NCBI GenBank assembly: GCA_025594325.1
Contig: JANHCV010000001.1
Span: 1,550,001 to 1,614,000, forward strand
Length of the DNA stretch: 64,000 bases
Reading direction: 5' to 3'
DNA from: Blastocladiella emersonii ATCC 22665
Taxonomy: Eukaryota; Fungi; Blastocladiomycota
Part shown: piece after piece, positions 34,388-46,391 of the stretch
Layout of the letters: the number at the start of each line of letters is the position of its first letter
How positions within the stretch are numbered: the first letter of the stretch is position 1
The notes under the pieces: generated by a model
Told to the model about the DNA's origin: nothing
What the model saw: the letters and a program-made list of their open reading frames with translations, nothing else
Databases searched by the model: none
Position numbers and translations under genes: made by a program

Positions 34388-37300
34388 CTAGACGCCCGCA
34401 GAGCCGATCCCCATCTCCTCAATCTGGCCGAGGATCGCGGAGACGTCGGCCGCGGACCCGCGAAACTTGCTGCCGCCAGACCCGAGCCTGAGGCCCGAAC
34501 CGACAGTGGCCATCCCACCGCCGCCACCGCCGCCGCTTCCGCCACGAATCGTGGACGGACGGCGCGAACCGAAGCGGCTCTCGCCGCCCGAGCCGCTCCC
34601 GTTCTCGTCGCTGTTGCCGGACGAGTCGAGCGAGGCCGTCGTCGACTTGCGCCGGCCGCCGGCGCTTCCGTTGCCGTGGTGACCGCGGCCCGTGCTCGCA
34701 GTCGACGCCCCAGCCGCTGCCGTCGTGGCCGCGCCCTCCTCGGCGCCCGCGCCGCCACCGCCGCCGTGCCGCGACCGCTTGCCGCGGTGGTACGCGTTCC
34801 AGATGCGGATCGTGCAGTCCCACGACGACGTGACGTACTGTCGGCGGCCGGCGATGTGGTGTACGGCGCGGATCTCGTCCGTGTGGCCGACGTTGCGCTG
34901 GACGAGGCGGTCGCCGTCAAAGACGCGGAGGACGCGGTCGCGGGCGCCAACGACCACGAGCCCGGCGTCGAGGTCCATGCACATGGCCGTGACGGGGCTC
35001 TCGTTGTTGACGACGATCAGGCACGCGAGCGTGTGCGGGTCCCAGAACCGGATCGACTTGTCCTCGCTCCCGCTCACCCACTGCGCGCGCGCGCCGCCCG
35101 CCCACGCCACCTTGGTCACCTCGGCCTCGTGACCCGCGAGCACCCCGACGAGCGGCATCCGCGTGTCGGTCGTCGCCGCCGTAGCCGTCGTCGAGGTGCC
35201 GCCCGGCGCGTGGAACTGGCGCACGTAAACGAACTTGTCGGCCGACGCGTACGCGAACTGCGGCGGCGCGGCAGCGGACGACCGCGGGCGCACCGCGAGA
35301 TCGAGAACCGGGCCGTCGGCCGCCAGCTCCTCGCGGCCCGCGGCCGACGTCGGGTCCCGGAACGAGTCGACGAGCGTGCCCGTGCGCAGGTCGTAGACGT
35401 AGATGCGGCGGTCCCACCCGCTCGTCAGCTACACGCTCGCTCACTTCTGTCAGCGGTCGTGGCCTGGACCTGAGCGCGTGAAAGAAGCGAAAGAGTACCA
35501 GAAAGTGCCCGCCGGCCTCCTCGCAGACAGCGAGACACGTCACAGCGTCGCGATGGTCGTCGAAGCGGTACCGCAGCGTGAGCCCGGTGATCCGGTTCGC
35601 GATGCTCTCGCCGGCGTGCCCGCTCTGCGCCTGGATCTCGGGCGGGAGCAGCGACGCGTCGCCGTGGTCGTCCTGCTGGTACCCCCACGTCAGCACGCGG
35701 CGCTCCTCAAAGGCGACGACGAGCAGGTCGAGCGCGTCGTGGAACAGCATGGTCGTGGCCGTCAGCTTGGCCGTGCTGGCCACGGCGGACGCGGAGCTGG
35801 ACCGGCCGAGCGACGGGGTTCCGGGCGCCGAGCGGTGCGATAGCGGGACACGGTGCGCCGCCGCCGGCGACGAGGACGTCGACTTGAGCGGGAACGAGAG
35901 CGCGCGCCTACCGGCCATGGACTGCCGCGCCGCGGGCGGGACCAGCTGTTGCTGCTGCTTGGCCGCCATCTTCTTGCCGGCGCTTCCCGGCGCTCCCGCC
36001 GCGGGCGCCATCTGGAGCAGCGCGGCGTGCATCGAGACGGGCTCGCGCGCGTACATGAAGGTGTTGAGCTGCATGCGCTCCCACTGGACGAGCGCGTTGA
36101 TGCCGGAGCTGAACATGAGGACGGGGTCGGACCGCGTGCACGTCAGCGCGTCCACGGCGTCGAGGCACTCGAGCGTGGTGACGGGCGCGGCCGGGTTGAA
36201 CCGCCACGTCACGAGCTGGCGGCGGCCCGTAATGGCGACCACCTCGTTCGTGTCGGGCAGAAAGTACAGGTGCTTGAAGACGGACGCGTTCTTGTCGTGG
36301 ACCTTGTCGTTGTCGGCCTTGACAAAGTCCGAGATCTACAGTTGGGACGGGTCAAGGTGAGCGGGTCGTCACAATCGGGGTAGGCGAGAGCGACCGTACG
36401 TTCACGCCGCTGCGCGGGTCGAGGAAGATGGGGAACAGCGAGTTGCACGAGATCCACAGCGTCTGGATGGGCGGGACGTAGGCGAGGCCGGTGATGGTGT
36501 CGAGGAACCCGTCGAAGCGCTGGAGGCAGTTGCCGTCGAGCGACCACAGCTTGACGCAGCGGTCAAACGACCCGGTGATGAGCCAGGCGTTCTCGGCGTC
36601 CTTGGCGTACGTCATGCAGGTGATGCCGGCGTCGTGTGCGTTGGCAATGGACGTGACGACCTGGACGCGCAGCCCGTGCGGCAGGCTCTCGTAGATGACG
36701 AGCCGCTGGTCGAACCCGCCGCTGTAGAAGCGCGCCTCGCACGAGTGCAGGCAGCTGACAATGTCGGTGTGCGTGCTCCCGCCGCTACCTCGCGAGCCGG
36801 CGGGCAGGTGCAGGTCCTTGAGGTCGAAGACGAGGTCCGGGATGTGCGAGGCGTTGCCCGCGGTGCCCGTCGACGCCTGGAGAATGTGGAAGTCCTCCTT
36901 GGCCTGGTACACGCGCACGCCGCCCTTTTGACCGCACATGAGCTGGTTGCGCCGCGAGTTCCATGCGAGCGAGTAGACGGGGGAGCCGGTCTACAGGGGG
37001 AGTGCGGGTCAGCGTTTGTGAGTCTCGCGGCGCCGGCTGAGCAGGGGTACCTGGATCTTTTGCAAGATTTTGCAGTTGTTGGACCACACGATGATGGTGC
37101 CGTCCTGCGACGACGAGACGAGGCATTTGATCTCCTTGCTTACTTTGCAGCGAGATCAGCGATTCGGCATGTTCAGCGTCAACAGGCCGGAGTCGCACGC
37201 ACCAGTAGACGAGGGCGGTGATCCATCCCGAGTGTCCCTCAAAGGTGGCGGTGAGGCGGCCCGTATCCGTGTCCCAGGCGCGGATGATCGAGTCCTCGCT

Positions 37301-37393
37301 GCCCGAGATCACCTCGCGGCGGCCCGTGTGGTGCGCGATGCATGTGATGGGTTTCGGGTGGGCGTCCTGCGGGACGACGCTCTTGAGCTCCAT
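34388..37393 (-). CDS. Multi-exon WD40-repeat protein with two propeller clusters
   Basis: Repeated GH...WD units (SGSEDSIIRAWD, TGSFDRCVKLWS, GHEAEVTKVAW, SGSEDKSIRFWD, SSWDCTIRIWN) across ORFs 36785..37393, 36352..36939, 34917..36242 and 34388..35293, joined by GT-AG introns. Confidence 0.85.
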
Positions 37394-37608
37394 TGCATCT
37401 TCTTTGTTGCCTGCCCGGGACGGCAGAGGAGGAGGTTAGGGTTTGGGTTGAGAGGCGAGGGTCGCCGTCGCGTCCAACCGCGAGACGCGTCGCGCCACGT
37501 GAAGGGAACGCGTGATCGGCGGGAGACACCTTTGACGATCTCTCGGCCTGATTCTACGTTTCGCCTTCGCTCCATGGCCGAGAGGACGGGAAACTGTACA
37601 CATGTCTA

Positions 37609-38267
37609 TTACTGAGCCTGCGCGGCCGGCGGTGCGCTGAGGGACTGCAGGCGCTGGATGAGGCGCGGCGAGTGGACCATCTGCAGCGAGTCGGGGTCGT
37701 AGAACGGGTTCGTGAGCAGGTCGATGTAGGCCGCGTGCACGACCTCGAACGCCTGTGAGGGCTCAACAGTCAGTACGAGCGATGTAGAGGAGTATCGAGG
37801 CCAACGGACCGACTTGAGCTCCGAGTCCTTGGTGAAGACCGAGGTCGGGAGCATAATGAAGAACTTGATGCGCGTGTTGGTCATGTAGCCGTAGCTACAC
37901 CACGAGCGGCGTTAGCTCGAGCACTCGTGTGTCCAGGGACCGAGAGCCGCACATGTTGAGCCCGTCGATCGTGGCGAGGAGACCAAAGTAAGCGTCGGAC
38001 GGCGGGGTCGGGCTGCGCAGCTTCTCGTCCACGTAGTCGCACGCGACGTGCGACAGGAAGTGGAACTTGAGGTCGACGTCGTGCCCAGACATGGCGTGGA
38101 CCAGCAGCGGGTTGTTCTAGTCCGCGACAGAGCCGTCAGCGGGGGTGCGTTAAACGCGGTCCGTGCGAGAGCAGTCGGACCTGCTTGCCGACAATCGCGA
38201 CGCAGGCGATGCCCGCCGGGTAGCGCGGGAGGGGCGTCTGGGTGACGCTCTGTGGCCGCGAGTTCAT
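37609..38267 (-). CDS. TRAPPC2L: TRAPP complex subunit 2-like (sedlin family). Four exons.
   Basis: IACVAIVGKQ|NNPL, LKFHFLSHVACDYVDEK, YGYMTNTRIKFFI, HAAYIDLLTNPFY. Confidence 0.85.
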
Positions 38268-38473
38268 TGCAGATGGTGAGGTCAAGTGGTTGCTTCGTGC
38301 GCTTCGTGGGCGAGAGAGGGAGATGAGCGTCGCCACACTCGCGGGCTCGCAGGGAGAAACGCGTCGGCGACGGCGGGCGTGAGGTCACGGCGCTCCTCTC
38401 CCCCCTCGACCGCCGATCCCTCTAAACGGCTCCCGCTCTCCCTGACCACGCATCAACGACACTACGCAAACCC
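38268..38473. promoter_or_regulatory. Putative bidirectional promoter for TRAPPC2L and ELP1 (206 bp)
   Basis: Head-to-head start codons are 206 bp apart. The same layout occurs at 44136-44430, 48565-48756 and 50608-50892. Confidence 0.5.
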
Positions 38474-41400
38474 ATGAAATCGCTCGTCCTGCTGACCGAG
38501 CGGGGCACCGACCTCCCAGGCCCGGTCCTGGCCCTCGCGCACGATGCCGTGACCCGCCGCCAGTTCGCCGCCGTGCACCTGCCCGACGACCAGGTCGGCA
38601 TCGTCGTGATCGACGGCAACGCGAGCGAGGTACGCCAATCTCAGCCTTCGCGTTGATTGCACTGAAGGAGAAGGCTCACGCGACGTATTTGATCCAGGAC
38701 TCGGTTTCCGAGATCGCCTTCCTGCCGCCCCCAGCATCCGTGACCGGCAACGAGGACAACAGCGCTAGCGAGCCCGCCGCGCCGACCATCGCGTGCTTCC
38801 AGTACCTCGCCGAGACCGACTCGCTGTACCTGGCCTTCCACGCGGGCGACCTCGTCAGCATCCAGCCCGCCGACGGCACCACGGCGCCCATCGGCAGCAT
38901 CACGGGCGGCGTCGCCGCGTGCGCGTGGTCGCCCGACGAGGAGCTCGTCGTGATCGTGACGGGCCTTGGCAACGTCATGGTCATGACCCGCGACTTTGAC
39001 CTGCTCGTCGAGACGCCCATCGAGACGGACGAGCACGGCGCCCAGGTGCCCGTCTCGGTCGGCTGGGGCCGCAAGGAGACGCAGTTCCACGGGTCCGCCG
39101 GGAAACAGGCCGCGCAGGCCCGCGCCCCGAGCGAGGCGCGGCTCTCGCCCGACGACGACCGCGCCGTGCGCATCGCGTGGCGCGGCGACGCCTCCGCCTT
39201 CACCGTCTCGTCCATTGACATGGCGCGCCCCGCCCACCCGAAGCGCACGGTGCGCGTCTACGCGCGTGACGGTGCGCTGCAGGCCACGTCCGAGCTCGTC
39301 GACATGCTCGAGCACCCGCTCGCGTGGCGGCCCGCCGGGAACCTGGTCGCGAGCACCCAGCGCGCGCCGGGCGGGAAGCACCTCGTGTGCTTCTTCGAGC
39401 CCAACGGTCTACGCCACGGCGAGTTTGCGCTGCGCGCCGATAACCTCGTGGTGCGCGAGCTCGCGTGGAACTCGGACTCGTCCGTGCTGTGCGTGTGGGC
39501 GACCGCGGGTGCCGACGCGGGCGAGGCGACCGACGTCGTGCAGCTGTGGACCATGAACAACTACCACTGGTACCTCAAGCAGTCCATCTCGCTCGGCGCC
39601 GGGTCGCGCATCGCCGCCGTGGCGTGGGACGCGTCGTGCCCGCTGCTCCTGCACCTCGCGGCCACGGGCGGCGACGCCGGCGACTCGCAGTATGTCAGCA
39701 TGCGCTGGACGTGGGACGTGCTCCGCGCCGCGCAGACGGACGCGGCGCACGCCGCCTCGGTCGGCGTCATTGACGGCGCCGCGCTGCTCCACACGCCCAT
39801 GGCCGTCGCCAACGTCCCGCCGCCCTACTCGCTGTCCCGCCTCGCGGCCGCGACCCCCATCAAGGGCGCGGCGTGCTGCGCCTCGCCCGCGTCGCCCGAG
39901 CGGGTCGCCGTTCTCGCTGGTGAGTGGCGCGGCGACGCTACGCTCGCCGTCTATGACGCCGCTGAGGGTAACCCGCGCAAGCTACGGCCCGTCGCCACGG
40001 TCCCCGTGAGCGCGGGCCCGTCCGTGTCGCTGCGCCAGCCCATACTCGTCGATTCGGTGACCGTTGTCGCTCTCGGCTACGACTACCTCGGCTGTACCGA
40101 CCTGCTGGTCCGCGTCTCGCTCGATGTCGAGGCCGGTTCCGCGACCGAGGTTTCCACCACGTTCCTCCCGTTCCAGGCGTACCGCATCGCCGCGAGCAAC
40201 GAGCACGGCGGCGACGCGCCCCACCTCGTCGTCGAGGACGCCTCGGGCCAGGTGTGGCGCGCGACGTGGGACGCGGACATGGGCGAGTACGCGCTGAGCC
40301 CGCTCGTGATGCTGCCAACGCCGTGCCAGTGGCTCGCCGTGTTCCCGGTCCCCGAGACGCTCGACGACGAGGTGCCGGACCTGTACGTCGTGGGTCTCAA
40401 CGAGCGGTCCAAGCTCGTGCTGGGCGACGACCAGGTGAGCGCCGAGTGCTCGTCGTTTGCGCTGCACGCCGACTACCTCATCTACACGACGCTGAGCCAC
40501 ACGGCGCAGTTTCTGCCGCGCGCGCGGCTCGGAATGTCGAGTGCGGTCATGCCCGAGCACTCGCGCGCCGTCGAGCGCGGCGCGCAGATCGTCACGGTGC
40601 ACCCGCGCGGGACCGGGCTCGTGCTGCAGATGCCGCGCGGCAACCTCGAGACCGTGTACCCGCGGCCGCTCGTGGTCGGGACGATCGTCGCGGCGTGTGC
40701 CGCCGGCGAGTGGCGCCGCGCCTTCCTCCTCGTGCGCCAGCACCGCGTCGAGATGAACGTGCTCGTCGACACGGACCTGCCGCGGTTCCTCGCCGCGGTC
40801 CCGGACGTGGTCGACCAGATCGCGAACCCGGACCACGTCAACCTGCTCCTGTCGAGCCTCAAGGAGGACGACGTGATTGCCGCCACGTACCCGGCGCTCG
40901 ACGGCCCCGCACGGCCCGCGGCGACGGTCGACGCGGCGGTCGAGGGCACGACCAAGGTCGGGAAGGTGTGCGACGCGGTGCGCGCGGTGCTCGAGTCGCG
41001 CGCCGACCGCGATGCGTGGATCACGACGACCATCACGACGTACGTCAAGTCGTCGCCGCCGCAGCTCGAGGCGGCGCTGCGCGTCGTCAAGCAGCTGGCA
41101 GCGGGGTCGGCGGACGCGGCGGTCGCGGAGCGCGCGCTCAAGTACACGATTTTCCTAGTCAACGTCGACGCGCTGTACGACGTGGCGCTCGGCATGTACG
41201 ATTTCTCGCTGGTGCTGATGGTCGCGCAGAAGTCGCAAAAGGACCCGCGCGAGTACCTGCCGTTCCTCAACGAGCTGCGGCAGCTGCCCGAGCCGTACCG
41301 CAAGTACCGCATCGACGCGCACCTGAAGCGGACCGACCGCGCGCTCGCGCACCTGCTGCGCGCGGGCGACGCGCACTTTGACGAGGTGCGCAACTTCATG

Positions 41401-42615
41401 GCCCAGCACGACATGCACCCGGCGGTCATCGCGCACTACTCGACCCCCGCGTTCCGCGACGACGCGAAACGCGCGTGCGTCCTCGCCGAGTACGCGGACC
41501 GGCTCGCGGCGTCGGGGATGGCCGCCGACGCCGCGCTCGCGTTCGAGATGGCCGGCCGGCTCGCCGACGCACAGGACGAGTACATCAAGGCCGGGATGTG
41601 GCGCGAGGCGTTTGCCGCAGCCGCGGCGCGCGGGCCTGGCGAGGTCGACCTCCCGCGGCTCGCGTACTCGGTCGCAGGCGAGCTGCGCGACCGCACCGAG
41701 TACGCGGCGGCGGCGACCGTCCTCCTCGAGCACGCGGGCGACATCGAGGCGGCCATGGCGGACCTGGTGCGCGGGTCGTGCTGGGCCGAGGCGGTGCGTG
41801 TGGCGCGGACGCACGACCGCGCGGATCTTGTCGACACACACGTTCGGCCCGGCGTGGCGGCGGCGCACGCGGCGATGCTCGGTCACCTGGGCGAGATCCG
41901 CGGCGACCTCGAGGCGCGCGTGGTGCGGCTCGCCGAGTGCCGCGCCGAGAAGCTCGCGCAGCTGCGCGCGCTCGAGACGGCCGGGTACGACCCGGCGCTC
42001 AACAACGTCGACGCCATGAGCGATACTACGTCCATGCTGTCGACGTTCACGGGCCTGACGCTCGCGTCGGGGACCGTCGTCAGCTCGCGCAGCTCGCGCA
42101 GCAACGCGCGCAGCGGGAAGCAGCGCCGCAAGAACGAGCGCAAGCGGCACGCTGGGCGCAAGGGCAGCGTGTACGAGGAAGAGTACCTGCTCGAGTCGTC
42201 GCGCCGCGTGTTTGAGCGGCTCGCGGGTGTCAAAGACGACGTGGTCGCCCTGCTCCGCGCCCTGCTCGTGTTCGACCACGTCGCGCAGGCTGCCGGGCTC
42301 CAGCTCGCGTACGCTGAGGCCATCGCATATTTCGGGCGGCAGGCCCGCATCCTCACGGCGGTTCCCGAGCAGGTTCGTTTGCACTTTCACTCATTCTCAG
42401 GGTCTGGTACTAACTGAGATGAACGATACGTGTAGCACCCGCTCCAGGCGCAGGTCGACAAGTTCCGTCTGCAGAACGACGAGGGCCTGACGCCCGAGAT
42501 GGCCGACAAGCGGCTGCAGGACATGTCGAGCGCGCTGGTGGCGGCGTTGCCCAAGCTGCCCGAGCCCAACGACTGGATGCTGTCGATGCTCCCGCGGCCG
42601 CCCGCGGCCGTGTAG
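38474..42615 (+). CDS. ELP1: Elongator complex protein 1 (IKI3). Introns 38630-38697 and 42373-42435.
   Basis: WSPDEELVVIVTG, VGWGRKETQFHGS, FFEPNGLRHGEF, NYHWYLKQ, LQMPRGNLETVYPR, AQKSQKDPREYLPFL, and the basic patch RRKNERKRHAGRKGSVYEEEYL. Confidence 0.97.
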
Positions 42616-42656
42616 TGTAGACCAGATGGACTTTCAATAACGATTTATTAGCTTCC
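42616..42656. terminator. 41-bp shared 3' region between convergent ELP1 and the PPR-like gene, with poly(A)-signal-like motifs on both strands
   Basis: AATAAC on + at 42636-42641 and AATAAA on - at 42649-42644. Confidence 0.45.
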
Positions 42657-44135
42657 CTATGCCTCCAGCTCAGACACGGGCGCGGGCCACCTGAACCGCT
42701 CCGTCTTGTCGAGCGCTGCGAGCGTCTCCTCGAACCCAGGGTACTCAAGCTCTCGCGCAATGTCCGCGATCCGCGCCTTGACGGGCTCGCGCAACGTGTA
42801 CCCGGCGGCGACCATCTCCTGGTAGAACCCGAGCGCCTGGTCGAGCAGCAGCGTGTCCTTGTTCTTCGCCGCGCGCTTGGCAAAGTAGGCGACGAGCAGG
42901 GCGTAGTACCGCTCACTCATCAGCCCCTTGACGCGCATCCCGCGGACCCAGCGGTGCAGCTCGCGCACGCCGTCTTCGCGGTCGACAACGACGTGCGCGT
43001 CGAGCAGCGCGTCGACGACGAGCGGCGACTGCGGGACCGTGCCATGGCACGCCTCGAGCAGCGGGCGCGCGGCGCCCACGCGGCCGGCGTCGAGCAGCAG
43101 CCGCGCCGCGCCGTACATCGTGCGCGCGGGGAACGTGACGCCCATGTCGAGCATCGACTTGACGTACGCGTACACGCCGCTCGCGTCGCCCGCGGCCACG
43201 TACAGGGACGCGGGGACGGCGAAGTGGCCGCCGTCGAGCGCGTCGCCGAGCTCGGTGGTCCGGTTGGTCTCGCTGTACAGCTCGCGCGCCATGGCTCCCA
43301 CGAGCGCCGCGGCGGCCGCGGGCCCGCGCGTCGCGCCCGCGACCTGGACCAGGGCGAGGTTGAGGTCGGCGTCGCCCCACGGGTGCGCGAGGAGCCCGCG
43401 CCGCAGCGCGTCCTGGACGATCCAGTCGACGTGGCTGGGCATGCCGAGCGTCGCGGCGGCGGTGGCTGCCAGGCGGTGGTTGGCTAGGGCGTCGGGCGAC
43501 GGGGAGATCCACAGCCCGCGCGACTTGCGTGCCGTCTCGGGGTTGCGCGCATTGGCCGTGAACAGGTTGACGGCGGCAGCGGTGGGGAACCCGGCCGCGA
43601 CAAAGAAGCCGTGCAGGACGTGGAGCGCGCGCGCCGAGACGCGCTGGCGCTCGGCCGCGGCGCACAGGGACACGACGATGCCGGGCTCGCGCTTGATGGA
43701 CTTGGTGATGCCGGGGACGCGGTTAAGGCGAGTGATGACGAAACTGAGGAGGTTCGACCAGTCGTCGTCGGGCAGCGAGTCGTAGTGCGGGATCTTGGCG
43801 AGGACCGCGGCGAGGTCCTTGATGGCGGTTGGCGCCGTGGCCGGGTGCCGCCGCACGTCGAGCAGCGGCCACTCGAGGTCGGCGATGGCTTCGCGGTACC
43901 AGCTCACGATGCCGCGGTTGACGGCGTGTGTCAGGTTCGACAGTGGCAGTTTGCGGGGGGACTGCGGCTCGGATGGGCCGAAGAGGACGGCGGCGGTCGC
44001 TTGAGCCGTCGCTGGCTCGGTGGTGGTGCCCATGCAGCGATGGGGCTTCGCCGCGGCCGCGGCAGAGCGTGGAAGGGCCGGCGATCGCGCCACGGCCGCG
44101 AGGGTGGGAATCCGTCGAAGGGCGATGCGTAACAT
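42657..44135 (-). CDS. Putative mitochondrial helical-repeat (PPR-like) protein of 492 aa
   Basis: Single-exon ORF with coding-type codon use. Arg/Ala-rich presequence MLRIALRRIPTLAAVARS. PPR-like YYALLVAYFAK...DQALGFYQEMVAAG. Confidence 0.6.
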   Translation of the reverse strand: MLRIALRRIPTLAAVARSPALPRSAAAAAKPHRCMGTTTEPATAQATAAVLFGPSEPQSPRKLPLSNLTHAVNRGIVSWYREAIADLEWPLLDVRRHPATAPTAIKDLAAVLAKIPHYDSLPDDDWSNLLSFVITRLNRVPGITKSIKREPGIVVSLCAAAERQRVSARALHVLHGFFVAAGFPTAAAVNLFTANARNPETARKSRGLWISPSPDALANHRLAATAAATLGMPSHVDWIVQDALRRGLLAHPWGDADLNLALVQVAGATRGPAAAAALVGAMARELYSETNRTTELGDALDGGHFAVPASLYVAAGDASGVYAYVKSMLDMGVTFPARTMYGAARLLLDAGRVGAARPLLEACHGTVPQSPLVVDALLDAHVVVDREDGVRELHRWVRGMRVKGLMSERYYALLVAYFAKRAAKNKDTLLLDQALGFYQEMVAAGYTLREPVKARIADIARELEYPGFEETLAALDKTERFRWPAPVSELEA

Positions 44136-44430
44136 GGTTTCTTGTCGATGCGGGAGAAGCAAGCGGGGACTCTAGTGGCAATGCTTTTAGCGCGAGCACG
44201 GCGTGCCCCTGAGCAGCACCCCTGGCTTTGCCCCTGCAGATCCTCTTTGACAAGCGGGTGCCTTGGGAGCGGGCTGGGCGGACGCGGCGCTCATCCACGC
44301 ATGGTGCTCACCTGACGCCTTGGACACAGCTGGCCGAGTCGACTCGTTTTCGCGAGCGACCTCAGCAGCCCGCCCTGCTCCCTCACACCGTGCCTCGACG
44401 CACGACGGCACTCTCGCACTCGGTGCAACC

Positions 44431-46276
44431 ATGTCATCAACGCCCTCCTCGTCCGCTGCGGGCGCCGCGAAACCCGGTCCCGGCACCTCCGCGGCAGCCG
44501 CCGCTCCGCAGCGGGGCCCGCGGTTCCAGCTCAAGGCGGCGCGCAAGCCGCACCCGCTGCACGTCGCGCGGCTGATCTCGTCGACGCCCATCGAGCTGAC
44601 GGCGGACCTGCACGCGCCGCTGTCGCTGGCGCGGCGCGACGCGCGCGATCTGCCGTCGCTCAAGGACCTGGCGCTGGCCGCGAGCGGCGGCGACCCGGAG
44701 GCGGCGGCGCGGGCGGAAGCCGCGGCACGTGCCGAGGCCGAGGCCGTGGCAGCGGCGACGGTCGCGGAGGCCACGATGGGGTCCAACGTCGTGGATCTGG
44801 GCGCGAGCGCGCCGGGCGCCGCGGGTGGTGCTGCGGCGGGAGCTGCGACGGCGGCGGCGGCGGCGGCGATCGCGGCGGCGGGCGGGATCCCCGTCAAGGC
44901 GCAGCCGGACATGTCCCTGGTGGCGCCGTACGGCGGCGGGCGCGAGTCCAAGGCGCAGCTGTTCAAGAAGCGGACCAAGGAGATCCACCTCATGGACGAG
45001 AGCATCCGCCGCGCGCGCAAGGAGGAGATGACGCCGTGGGTGCTCACGTCCAACGACACCAAGGCCGTCAAGCCCGATGCCGATGGGGCCGTGAGTGGTG
45101 CGGGTGCGCCGGGCAAGGTCGGGCCCGACGGCGTCACGCCCATGGACGAGGACGAGAACGAGGACGACGACGAGAACGAGCAGCGCTTCTTCATGGGCGC
45201 GCGCGAGGACCAGAAGAGCGAGTACTTTTTGTTCATCTGGGAGGTCCGTTCGCGACTCTCTTGGTTTCGTTTCCTCTGGACCCCGCACTTACTCGCACGA
45301 GTGCACGTAGGGCGGCAGCAACAACCAGTTCCACCTGATGCCCGCCGACAACTGGTTCAAGTTCATTGAGCGGTCGCGGTACCAGCGGCTGTCGGGCGAG
45401 GAGGTCGAGGCCGAGCTCAAGGCCAAGCGCAACCGCCGCCTGCGCGCCGTGACCAAGGCCGCCGAGGTCGCCGGCACCACGCCCGACGACGCTGCCGCCG
45501 GTGCAGCCGGTGGTCCTGGAAACGGCGGCCCTGCCGCGCGCCGCGCCGGGCCCAGCAACTCGGAGCAGTACGGCGACGTGGACGAGCTCGACTTTGACCT
45601 GAACGAGGCCTTCGCCGACGACGAGGAGGACGTGCTGGGCGACCTGCACGAGGAGCGCGAGGGCGCCGAGCGCCAGCGCAAGAAGATGTTCGAGGTCGGG
45701 TTTTCGGGCACGCGCGAGCTCGGCGACGACGACGACGAGGACGGCGGCATCGTCGCTACCTTCACGTCGGCGTCCGCCGCGGCTCGCAAGAAGCTCAACG
45801 AGGACGGCAAGTCGATCCTCAGCATCCTCAAGGAGCGCGAGGCCGACAAGTACGAGTCGGACGACGACGAGGACGACAGCGAGGAGGACTACGACGACCC
45901 GCGCGCCGCCATGCTGCAGCGCGGGGCCGCCAGCGACGCTGCCGACGTGGCGGCTGCCGCGGCCCTGCTCGGAAAGGCGTCTTCTGGCGCGCGCAAGCGG
46001 GCGGCGCCTGGCGACGCGGCTGATGCCGGCTCGAACAAGAAGGCCAAGACGGGCGCCGGCGCTACTGCTGCGGCCGCGGCCAAGACGGGCCCCGTCACCG
46101 AGGCCGAGATCGTGCACGCGCTGACGACGCTGCCGCCCATGACGGTGGCCGAGCTGCTCAACCACGTCGGGCGGGCCCGCGTCAAGCTCAACAAGGACGA
46201 GTTCCAGACCATGTTCAAGCGGCTCGTGGCCAAGGGCAAGGACGACAAGCTGCGCCTGATCAACCCGCCAAAGTGA
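44431..46276 (+). CDS. TFG1: Transcription initiation factor TFIIF large subunit (RAP74). Intron 45244-45310.
   Basis: PWVL...FMGARE..KSEYFLFIWE|...FHLMPADNWFKF..RSRYQRLSGEEVE, an acidic central region and a C-terminal winged-helix-like domain. Confidence 0.85.
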
Positions 46277-46391
46277 GGTGAGTCAGTTTGCGAGTCGAAA
46301 TGAACTTATCACGCGTTTCGTGTCTCCGAAAGACTTTTTGATCGCCGACGAGCGAGAGGGACGGGTCGCGGCTCCCCGCAACACCACTGCC

